Source: a bacterium (GTDB lineage: Bacteria > Patescibacteriota > Minisyncoccia > Phycocordibacterales > JAKAEA01). From it: 64,000 nt of DNA. The DNA lies in assembly GCA_021818465.1 (NCBI GenBank), contig JAKAEA010000002.1, positions 31,882 to 95,881 of the forward strand, written 5' to 3'. The notes beneath the pieces were generated by a model. The model was given only the letters and a program-made list of their open reading frames with translations, was not told the DNA's origin and ran no database searches. Each line of letters opens with the position of its first letter. Position 1 is the first letter of the stretch. Position numbers and translations under genes: made by a program. Of this stretch, positions 9,371 to 17,666 are shown piece by piece.

Positions 9371-10756
9371 TTACTTTCTACGCCAAAAAAATGTCGCGAG
9401 ATGTAATTTCTCAGGCACGCGATTGAGATATGGAATATAGGGAAACAAAATGAGTAAAAGAACCAATGCGCCAAGAATTTCCGCGCCATCTCGATCGCCA
9501 TTAGGATCATTGGCGAGCACAGTATGATCTAACACGCCAAGCGGCGCCAGCCACCATGCTCCTGGTGGAACACTGCGCCCTTCCTCGTGAATCATTCCCC
9601 ACTGGTCGGTTGTTATGTGCAAATCACTCGCTTCATCATCCATCACACCAGTATCATCCAAGAAACGGAGTGAGTAGGTTGGCGCAATCGTGGGCGCTTC
9701 AGCATCCACTACCGCCTGATAGGTACCGCTGCTACTCATATGTACGAGCGATGTAATAACTGAAAGAAAGGGATTACCAATTGTAGACGTGGCAACTGAT
9801 GCGCCCTGGAAATACGCTTCGGCAGTTGTAATATCACTTTTTTGTTGAGCGGCCGACTCAGCAAAAAATACCGTCAGCTCATTGGGACCACCCGCAAGCG
9901 CCACGTACTGATCGTACGGCTTCACAATATACACCGTGCGCGTATTAAATGTGTAAGGATCAATAGAATCAAAATAGGTTGCTGTATCAGAGGTGTGATT
10001 AAATTCAGCAATAAGTGTTTGGGCAACACCGGCAGCATCGTCGGCAGCCACAGAAGCAATGGTAGCTGGTGTAATAAGCGGCGAAGGAAAAATAATTGCT
10101 AAAACAACAATGCACACCACAAGAACCCCACCTCGCACAAAAAGCTTTGTGTGATTTGCTGGCACAATCGGCACACGCACATCCTGCCGATACGGCGATG
10201 CAATGCCACGCGCTTTCACTAAAAGATAGTGCGTCAGCAGCAGGCCAAGCATAATGAGTGGAAGAATAACGATATGCAGACCGAATACTTGGAGATGGTT
10301 AAGTGTGTTTATATAATAGCCAAGATACGCACCATTCCAAAAATCAGCACCTTGTAAAGCGCGATATTGGGAAGAAAAATCACCACGCAAGTAATAACCA
10401 AATTCTGCTTCAAGTAATAAAAATACAAGCACGATAGCTCCCAGCGTCCACGTCAATCGACGTGGATGTTTAAAACCGCTCGTGGCAAATACCACCAACA
10501 GGTGCAACAAAATAATGAGAACGAACGCCTGCGCCGCCCACAAGTGAATGCTACGAAACAGAATTCCCCAAAAATTTATTGTCCACCACGCACTCCCCTC
10601 AAACACCATAACCAGACCAGTACCAAGCAAGATTGCAAAACACACCAATCCCAAAAATCCGAGTGAATAAAAAATACTATTGCCGTAGCGCGGCACATCA
10701 GTAATAAAAATTTTTTTTCTAATAATGCCGAGCACGCCTGGCGTATCGTTCTGCAT
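9371..10756 (-). CDS. Cytochrome b/b6 N-terminal-domain protein fused to a large extracytoplasmic domain and a terminal TM helix
   Basis: FRSIHLWAAQAFVLIILLHLLVVF has two His 14 residues apart (helix B heme ligands). PRRLTWTLGAIVLVFLLLEAEFGYYL parallels QcrB/PetB PRELNWIVGVLIF...GYLLPWD. HLQVFGLHIVILPLIMLGLLLTHYLLVKARGIASP parallels the helix-D His-containing segment. This is followed by about 250 non-hydrophobic residues and a final TM helix. Confidence 0.6.
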   Translation of the reverse strand: MQNDTPGVLGIIRKKIFITDVPRYGNSIFYSLGFLGLVCFAILLGTGLVMVFEGSAWWTINFWGILFRSIHLWAAQAFVLIILLHLLVVFATSGFKHPRRLTWTLGAIVLVFLLLEAEFGYYLRGDFSSQYRALQGADFWNGAYLGYYINTLNHLQVFGLHIVILPLIMLGLLLTHYLLVKARGIASPYRQDVRVPIVPANHTKLFVRGGVLVVCIVVLAIIFPSPLITPATIASVAADDAAGVAQTLIAEFNHTSDTATYFDSIDPYTFNTRTVYIVKPYDQYVALAGGPNELTVFFAESAAQQKSDITTAEAYFQGASVATSTIGNPFLSVITSLVHMSSSGTYQAVVDAEAPTIAPTYSLRFLDDTGVMDDEASDLHITTDQWGMIHEEGRSVPPGAWWLAPLGVLDHTVLANDPNGDRDGAEILGALVLLLILFPYIPYLNRVPEKLHLATFFWRRK

Positions 10757-10804
10757 AGTAGATAGATGCAGTATACCAAACCACCACTATGTGCTGCCAG
10801 CTAT

Positions 10805-13219
10805 TTACGCAATATCCAAGAGTTTTTGAATACCGCGTATTCTTTTTATTGCTTCAATAAGTATAAAACTTAGAATTGCCCCAATAATGATGAGCCAGAA
10901 AAAGAGCGGTGGCAATGGCGCGATAAAGAGACCCAGCCCGGCCACAATTGTTGAAAATGCCAATGAAAAGAGTAATGCAATAATGAGAATGCTTTTAGGT
11001 CGCACACTCCAACTAAACGGCCACGCTCGAATAGCAAGCAGTGTCGTAGCACCAAGGTAGATGAGTGACAAGTACACAATGGTTCTAATCGTATTAAACG
11101 GATACCGCATATGCCAAGCAATGACATATAAACTCATAGTAAAAATGTACGGAATAACGGCAATAAAGAACGCAGCAATGATGAGATTGCGAATATTCCA
11201 GCGAGCTGGATGATGAATAGGACTGGTATGATCAGTAGATATAGAAATGGTAACGAAGTCATTTGATAGAAGAATCAGAATAGCAATGAGCGGCGAGAGA
11301 ATGTATGAGTGTGTCAAAACAAAAATAACTGTCGCAATAAAAAGCGATTCCACTGATTTTATAACCTTATTTAAAGCCCACGTACGAATTCTAAAATACA
11401 CCCGGCGACCAGCCGTCACCACTCGCCGCACCCCCTCCAAACCAGGTGTCGTGAGAATGAAACTGGCTGCTTGCTTAGCAACCTCCGTTGCGCCCAACAC
11501 AGCAATGCCCACTTCCGCGCGGTGTAATGCCGGCGCATCATTCACACCATCACCAGTCATGCCAACTGAATGTCCAGCCTTCTGCAAAGCTTCAATAATA
11601 ATGAGCTTATCCTCGGGATATGCTTCAGCAAACACTACACCAGTAAGAGCGATGCTGGGGTTTTTATGTAATTCAGCAGGTGTAAACACGTCTCCCTCTA
11701 GTCCGAGACTGCGAGCAACCGCTTGCGCTGTTATTCGTCCATCGCCCGTAATCATTACCACGCGTACACCTAAACCGTTGAGTTCTTTAATTAATGCTGG
11801 AGCATCAGGACGAATCGGATCACTTAAACCAATAAGACCGACACACTCCTTAGGCGCACCAACCTCACCAGCAACAACAGCCAGAACTCGCAATCCATCA
11901 TCGCTCATGCGCGCGACATCCTGCAAAGCTTCGGGAGCGAAATGTACATCATTCGTCAGCAACAAATCCGGCAAACCCATTTGTATGTGTATATGCTTAT
12001 CTCCTTCAAGCACCTCAGCTTCTGTTCGCTTTGTTGATGGATCAAACGGTGTAAAACTCAAACGTTGCGGAGCGGTAAAACCTTCCGTTGCTGCTTTTTG
12101 TAAAATTGCCTGGTCAATAGAATTTTCATCAGCCGCATCGCTCGCTGCCGAGGCAAGCATGAACACTCTTTTTTCATCATTTGTACCATAATATTTTGTT
12201 GCCGAAACCGCTAGTTTATTTTGGGTCAACGTACCAGTTTTATCACTACAGAGCACATCAATAACCGCTGCTTCTTGCACAGCCCCCAATCGACGTACTA
12301 ACACGCGCCGATCATCACCATCACTACCACCATCTCCCGCATTAAGTTGGAGCGCGCCATAGGTTTGAGCAACCGCAAACATTGTCGGAAACGCAATAGG
12401 TACCGACATAAGCATAAGCACAATGACGTAATTAATAATTTGTAGTGCGGGCGCATGCACCAATACGCCAAAGATAATAACCCCGAGTGCTACCAACATG
12501 TTCAAAATAAAAAAGTATTTGATGATAGCAAATACCACCTTTTCCATATGCGTTGGTGGATGAGCCACTTGGAGAAGCTCTGTTGTTTTGCCGTAGCGCG
12601 TCGCTTTACCAATAGTGGTTACTGCCACCGTTGCTTCACCGCGGCGCACAATGCTACCTGAATACACCGTATCGTGTACGGTCACATCCTGTGGCAATGA
12701 TTCACCAGTCAAACTAGAAAGATCAACACTCACATTGCCATCTAAAATTTTTGCATCAGCAGGAACAACGTCACCAGCCCGAATACGCACCACATCCCCT
12801 GGTAAAAGTTCTCGCGCTGCCACCACCTTCCAATTACCACTACGATTAACACGCGCTTCAACTTGAATTGCTTTGCGTAATGTCGCCAACGCCTTATCAG
12901 CCGAGCGGCGCTGTAAAATATTGATAGCGCTGTTCACAAAAAGCAAAACAACGATAATGAGTGCCTCAACCTGATTACCTGAAAAATAGGTAATGACCAC
13001 CATGAGCTCCAAAAGCCACGGTAATGGACCCCAAAAATTTTTAAAGTAGAGCAGAAGTAAACTCTCATGATACTCCGGTAGCTCGTTCCATCCATAGCGT
13101 GTTCGTAACGCTGTAATATCCGAATCTTGTAAACCTGTATGCGTATTTTTAGGAGTACCGTTTGTCGTTAGCATCATTTCTAACCATACCAAATTTTTCA
13201 AGACAGCGTCAATAAACAA
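10805..13219 (-). CDS. P-type ATPase, type III-like (plasma-membrane H+/Mg2+ type)
   Basis: CSDKTGTLT phosphorylation site, TGES, MTGDGVNDAPAL hinge and 10 predicted TM segments. The N-terminus (WNELPEYHESLLLLYFKNFWGPLPWLLE) resembles P3A proton pumps. Confidence 0.88.
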   Translation of the reverse strand: MFIDAVLKNLVWLEMMLTTNGTPKNTHTGLQDSDITALRTRYGWNELPEYHESLLLLYFKNFWGPLPWLLELMVVITYFSGNQVEALIIVVLLFVNSAINILQRRSADKALATLRKAIQVEARVNRSGNWKVVAARELLPGDVVRIRAGDVVPADAKILDGNVSVDLSSLTGESLPQDVTVHDTVYSGSIVRRGEATVAVTTIGKATRYGKTTELLQVAHPPTHMEKVVFAIIKYFFILNMLVALGVIIFGVLVHAPALQIINYVIVLMLMSVPIAFPTMFAVAQTYGALQLNAGDGGSDGDDRRVLVRRLGAVQEAAVIDVLCSDKTGTLTQNKLAVSATKYYGTNDEKRVFMLASAASDAADENSIDQAILQKAATEGFTAPQRLSFTPFDPSTKRTEAEVLEGDKHIHIQMGLPDLLLTNDVHFAPEALQDVARMSDDGLRVLAVVAGEVGAPKECVGLIGLSDPIRPDAPALIKELNGLGVRVVMITGDGRITAQAVARSLGLEGDVFTPAELHKNPSIALTGVVFAEAYPEDKLIIIEALQKAGHSVGMTGDGVNDAPALHRAEVGIAVLGATEVAKQAASFILTTPGLEGVRRVVTAGRRVYFRIRTWALNKVIKSVESLFIATVIFVLTHSYILSPLIAILILLSNDFVTISISTDHTSPIHHPARWNIRNLIIAAFFIAVIPYIFTMSLYVIAWHMRYPFNTIRTIVYLSLIYLGATTLLAIRAWPFSWSVRPKSILIIALLFSLAFSTIVAGLGLFIAPLPPLFFWLIIIGAILSFILIEAIKRIRGIQKLLDIA

Positions 13220-13256
13220 ACTGTTAATATAGTTCTTTTATACATTGTCTAAACTT

Positions 13257-14399
13257 TTACTGATACTGAATAAAAATAGGTCGCGGCCGCAACGAAAGAA
13301 TCTCTCGTGGCGTCATAAGGTGACTACCGTTGGCCACATCGTTTTTATAAAATATTTTTATACCGGCAAATTGAACTGGCTCGGGATAGATAATTTCGTT
13401 ATAAACCTTAGTCTTTTGTGCAGGTGTACCGAAACCATCCATATCCATAACTATCTCGGTTTGCGGTAATGGCGTAATATCCTGATAATTGGTCACCATA
13501 GACTTAGTAAAACGGTGCACCACAAGAAATTTTGGTGGCAAATTGTATTGTGTAACAAGGTGCGCAAGATATCGTGCCGCAAAATTTATATCCGAAGCAT
13601 CCAAAGAACCGATGGCGGTACCGGGGCGTTTAGGCGGCTGGAGAGCAAATTCTGGATCTAAAGCCAATTCAACATTCGGCAATTTTAGATATGGTTCAAG
13701 CAACGGTACCTCTTGCTCTACCGTACTCCAACCAACTTGTACATCTAAAATGACTAAACCGTGCACTTGGTTTGCTAACTGTATTGCTTCTTCAATACTG
13801 CTCGATGCCATGCGCAAGCGATACATACCATTTGGCCCTGGACTTCCCTGTGCTGAAACGGCTATGTAATCCAGAGCTGGTATCACCGGCGTAGCTGGGT
13901 CAGCAGCTTTCCATTGGGCCACCTGATTCATAAGGCGCGTAAGCATTTCCTGTGGCGGATATTGTCCCAAAATACCCATTGCTGGAGAAAGAAAATTACC
14001 ATAATACGCCACCACTCGATTAAATGGCAAAATAGCACCATACGCAGGATACGCTGCATGGGCAGGCCAAAGATATGTGGGCTGCCGCACAATAGTTGAG
14101 GAAGCCCGGGCAGCACTCGTGCTTGCTACAAAAGAAGGTGCGACTGGATTGTTCGCCAACTCTTCCATCAATTTGTTATACAAAGCTATATTCAGCTGTG
14201 GTTGAGGTGGTGGTGGGTCTATTTTGGGTGGATCTACTTTTATAGGGGGCACGTGGTAATACACCACTGGATTAAAAAAAGCCGCATGGTCGGCAACAAC
14301 TACAAACAAGACAACTACAATAAAGAGCACGGGCATCAGAAGTCCCCACACAATCGGATACTTTTCTTTTGATTTTTTACTCTTTTTAATAATAGACAA
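13257..14399 (-). CDS. Membrane-anchored hypothetical protein with Pro-rich linker and a possible hydrolase-like extracytoplasmic domain
   Basis: N-terminal basic stretch plus TM helix, PPIKVDPPKIDPPPPQPQ linker, then a 280-aa globular region with no motif I can name confidently. Confidence 0.45.
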   Translation of the reverse strand: MSIIKKSKKSKEKYPIVWGLLMPVLFIVVVLFVVVADHAAFFNPVVYYHVPPIKVDPPKIDPPPPQPQLNIALYNKLMEELANNPVAPSFVASTSAARASSTIVRQPTYLWPAHAAYPAYGAILPFNRVVAYYGNFLSPAMGILGQYPPQEMLTRLMNQVAQWKAADPATPVIPALDYIAVSAQGSPGPNGMYRLRMASSSIEEAIQLANQVHGLVILDVQVGWSTVEQEVPLLEPYLKLPNVELALDPEFALQPPKRPGTAIGSLDASDINFAARYLAHLVTQYNLPPKFLVVHRFTKSMVTNYQDITPLPQTEIVMDMDGFGTPAQKTKVYNEIIYPEPVQFAGIKIFYKNDVANGSHLMTPREILSLRPRPIFIQYQ

Positions 14400-14599
14400 A
14401 AGTATATCAATAAAGTGTCGTTATAGACATATTGGAAAACTAGCCAATATAAATTACTGCGATTATGGTGACGTTTCAAACGTTTAAAGCAAGACTGTTT
14501 GAAATGTTTTTTAACCTATATTGTCTATATAGGTGCATGGCCTAGTATCAAGGTAAAAAGTAATTATAGGTCGATAATTACTATAGTAATAGCTTAATT

Positions 14600-15553
14600 A
14601 TGAGTATTATGAATATAACGAACATACAACGAACTCTACTCGGGGTGTTTCTTGGTGGCATCATGATTCCAGCATTAACTTTTGCGGCAGGTGGAAGTGG
14701 TGGCGGTGGCGCTAGTGGTGGCGGGACAGGAGGAGTTGGTACGAGTGTAAACGTAAACACGGGTATCCAGCAACAAGATCAAACGCGTGATCGTATTCAA
14801 GATCCAACCACGCATACAGGCGATGAGCCACTACAGACGCGTGATCAGGATCGTGATCGTCTCTATCTTTATCAAAGTACCACCACAGTACCAATGGGAG
14901 CTGGACAAATGAATCAAAATCAAGGTGTTGTACCGAGTCTTGGTAGTCAATATCAATATGGACAACCGATGCCAACCGCAACCACGGGTCAAGGCACCCA
15001 AACCCAATATCAATATCGACTCCAAATAGACCCTGAGCATCTACAGATACAAGCAGGTAATGCTGCACAATTGCAGCAAATGGTGCAAACACGCGAACAA
15101 GAACTCACACAAGAAGCATCGACAACTCCCACACAAAACCGTACAGCGGTACAAAACGCAAATCGTACACGCCTTGCAGTCTATGCTGTGATGGCAGCTC
15201 AAAATATGCTTCCGGCGACTATCGGTCAACAGATGACGCAACTCGCCAATCAAATAAATGCCTCAATCCAAACTTCAACCACTCTTGAAGCGCAGATGGA
15301 GAATAGAGGTTTCTTGGAGCGACTCTTATTTGGTGGTGATACCAATTCCGCACAAACACTTGCACAAATATCCAACGAAAACCAAGCGAGAGTCCAATAC
15401 ATGATGCAGTTACTTTCACAAGCGAGTTCAACACCAGACGTGCAAGCACAACTCCAGACACAACTCCAGACCATACTACAAGAGCAGCAACAGCTTCAAA
15501 ACCTTGCTCAACAAGAACAAAACCGATGGGGCATCTTTAGTTGGCGTTTGTGA
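14600..15553 (+). CDS. Secreted Gln/Thr-rich low-complexity protein
   Basis: Signal/TM segment followed by a Gly-rich stretch (GGSGGGGASGGGTGG) and a long Q/T-rich region with repeated QxQxQ and LQxQ patterns. Terminator-like hairpin plus T-run downstream. Confidence 0.5.
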   Translation: MSIMNITNIQRTLLGVFLGGIMIPALTFAAGGSGGGGASGGGTGGVGTSVNVNTGIQQQDQTRDRIQDPTTHTGDEPLQTRDQDRDRLYLYQSTTTVPMGAGQMNQNQGVVPSLGSQYQYGQPMPTATTGQGTQTQYQYRLQIDPEHLQIQAGNAAQLQQMVQTREQELTQEASTTPTQNRTAVQNANRTRLAVYAVMAAQNMLPATIGQQMTQLANQINASIQTSTTLEAQMENRGFLERLLFGGDTNSAQTLAQISNENQARVQYMMQLLSQASSTPDVQAQLQTQLQTILQEQQQLQNLAQQEQNRWGIFSWRL

Positions 15554-15581
15554 TGTGGTCTACGCACCTCGTAAAAACTGC

Positions 15582-15612
15582 CGGGCACTCCCCGACAGTT
15601 TTTAGTAGCGAT
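15582..15612 (+). terminator. Imperfect rho-independent terminator for the 14600..15553 gene
   Basis: CTGCCGGGCACTCCCCGACAG imperfect stem-loop followed by TTTTT. Confidence 0.35.
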
Positions 15613-15769
15613 AATATGTGTACTGACTAAAAAAGAAATTAACATTCAAAAATACCATGATTAGAATATTATCCATTATTTTTCTCATATGTTTTGTACT
15701 GTACTTTTTTTTATTTCTATTTTTAAAGATTGTAATGTACACGCTCATCTTTATATAAATATATAAAAG

Positions 15770-15795
15770 GAGCACTCGCGAATAATCGAGTGCTC
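15770..15795 (-). terminator. Rho-independent terminator for the 15808..16437 gene
   Basis: Perfect 9-bp inverted repeat GAGCACTCG-N8-CGAGTGCTC immediately 3' of the stop codon, followed on the minus strand by a T/A-rich run (CCTTTTATATATTT). Confidence 0.45.
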
Positions 15796-15807
15796 AAAGA
15801 TTAACTA

Positions 15808-16437
15808 CTATTTCATAACAGTAGCCAATCGCAGCGTAGGATACTTGTCCTCATCCCAACAATCACGTATATGAATTTTGTCGAGACTAACACCAACACA
15901 GATACGAAAATGTGATTCTAAATCAACACAGCGAATGTAATTTTCCTTAAATAACCGTTCCTTCGTAGCGAGATAATGGCCGATTATGGTGTAAATCAAA
16001 ATTCGAGCAGTTGGTATTTCCTCGTCGTTCGAGAGAAGTGTCTGCTGTTCACTCCAGGTCTTTGATGCCGATCCATTGACTGGCCTCTTGCGAACCAACT
16101 GCCAACCAATTTCACCTTTGTTTTGAAAAAACACTGCTTCTTCGTAGTTATATTCTTGATGAAATAAGTCTAATTTTTGTACGGTACCATATATATTGGC
16201 AATTGATAGTGGGAAAACAGCAACGAGGACATGACTATCCTTGCAGGCATTCAACGTTTTCTCGCTGAATGGAATTTGAGCAAGCGCAGCAAACTGGCGC
16301 GTAGTAGGATTAACCCCGAAGTGTTTGGCGGCTGCCTCGATGCCGAAAAAGTTGCGACCCATAATCTTGCAGGCAGTCTCATGAGATGACATTTCGTAGT
16401 TCTCGTTTAGAACAGATTCTGAACTGATTGTAGACAT
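15808..16437 (-). CDS. Hypothetical protein (209 aa, no recognisable family) in an AT-rich island
   Basis: Clean ORF with a terminator hairpin 3' and a structured AT-rich leader 5'. Codon usage by eye is more AT-rich than the flanking housekeeping genes. Confidence 0.45.
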   Translation of the reverse strand: MSTISSESVLNENYEMSSHETACKIMGRNFFGIEAAAKHFGVNPTTRQFAALAQIPFSEKTLNACKDSHVLVAVFPLSIANIYGTVQKLDLFHQEYNYEEAVFFQNKGEIGWQLVRKRPVNGSASKTWSEQQTLLSNDEEIPTARILIYTIIGHYLATKERLFKENYIRCVDLESHFRICVGVSLDKIHIRDCWDEDKYPTLRLATVMK

Positions 16438-16666
16438 GACATTCTCCTTTGTTATTAACCCTGAAGGGTCCTGAACAAATCTCCACGTAACCTGGGAGAT
16501 GAAGGTCTCAGTCTCGTTTAAGATGAGCTTTTTGTATCCTTGTAAAGACGCAAAAAGCTCACCTCAAGCAATAATTTACTTTCAAAGAACAGCCATAAAA
16601 TACAATATATTTCATCATTTGACAACAACTCGTAAAAAATCAGTAATATTATTACTCTCAAAAGTA

Positions 16667-17392
16667 CTAATTCTTCATCGCCTGCCTTTTAAGCTGCATG
16701 GGCATTTTTTCTATCGCATATCGTAGCGCAGTTCTCGGCATGTTGGTTTTACGCGTCATCACAAAAGCAAACACTTCTTTCTGATGATGAATCGACGTCG
16801 CTTTTAACAGCCAGCCGTAACCTTTTTGAACCAAGTCTTCCCCACTACACAGTAACGTGTCTACTACTTCGAAAATATCTTTTAAATTATGTCGCGTTGC
16901 ATACACAGCATTACTGGTGGTAATAAAACTCACTGCCGAAGCTCGTTGCGCCCAAATATTTTTTGCGCCTGCCCACCCTTTTACGGTATCAATTAGTTCC
17001 GGATATTTCTCAAGCATAGGATGAATAATGTGTAGACAAAAATCGTCATCCTTGCTCCAGTTATCTATATAGGTAAACAGTCAACCTTCAAAAACTTTAA
17101 AATCTTCTTTTTTGAAACGACCAATGAGTGCACTAATCCATTGTATGGCAACTGTCGCCTCCTCGTTGTATTTATTTTCCAGTAGTTTTTCGCTTAAAGA
17201 AAAAATCTGCCCAGTATCCAAATTTCGAATTTGTTTGAAATATTTTTTTGCAATCGTACGAACCATAGGAGTTCGCACACCGTACATAACAACGTTTTCC
17301 TTAAAGAACTTTTGACTGCTGGCACGATGTTTGGCGGTGCTCTCTTTTAACAATTCCTGTCGAATAGTGTCTACAATATTCATAGATGTCAT
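16667..17392 (-). pseudogene. DNA alkylation repair enzyme (AlkD/AlkC HEAT-like family) interrupted by one in-frame TGA
   Basis: Track ORFs 17081..17392 (KFFKENVVMYGVRTPMVRTIAKKYFK) and 16667..17017 (GYGWLLKATS...RTALRYAIEKMP) are the N- and C-halves of one AlkD-like protein. Both are in the same frame; hand translation of 17018..17080 shows a single TGA at 17081-17083 and no other stop. Confidence 0.6.
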
Positions 17393-17555
17393 CTTCTAAC
17401 TTTTAAAAAAGAAATACGAATAAACACATATAAATATAAATAATTTTTCTTTGGTGTACTATTTTATATAGTATATATGTTTGCTGTATAAAATATAAAT
17501 CACTAGTAAAACAAAGGCGCCTAAACCGTCGGCATAGTTCGATAAAAAGTGCTGT

Positions 17556-17643
17556 TGGCGGAGGGTAAGAGATTCGAACTCTTGGTGGGTTTCCCCACAC
17601 ACGCTTTCCAAGCGTGCGCACTAGACCACTATGCGAACCCTCC
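17556..17643 (-). tRNA. tRNA-Ser (anticodon GGA), class II with long variable arm, CCA encoded
   Basis: Hand-folded cloverleaf: acceptor GGAGGGT/ACCCTCC; D-stem GCA/TGC; anticodon stem CACGC/GCGTG with loop TTGGAAA; variable stem GTGGG-GAAA-CCCAC; T-arm AAGAG-TTCGAAT-CTCTT; discriminator G; CCA. Confidence 0.85.
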
Positions 17644-17666
17644 TTTAAAATCCGCCGCTTACTATA

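Noticed and set aside
11247-12191. 314-aa plus-strand ORF
   Set aside because: Entirely antisense to the P-type ATPase gene; Ala/Ser/Pro/Arg-rich shadow-frame composition.
17081-17083. Genome-wide UGA recoding (genetic code 25, UGA=Gly)
   Set aside because: Only this one in-frame TGA was noticed. Nearly all of the ~60 genes here give full-length, family-consistent proteins under the standard code, which would not be expected if UGA were a sense codon throughout.
15560-17555. Searched for integrase/recombinase, transposase or direct repeats of the tRNA-Ser 3' end to call a bona fide mobile element
   Set aside because: None found by eye. The region is reported only as a compositionally atypical islet, not as a defined mobile element.
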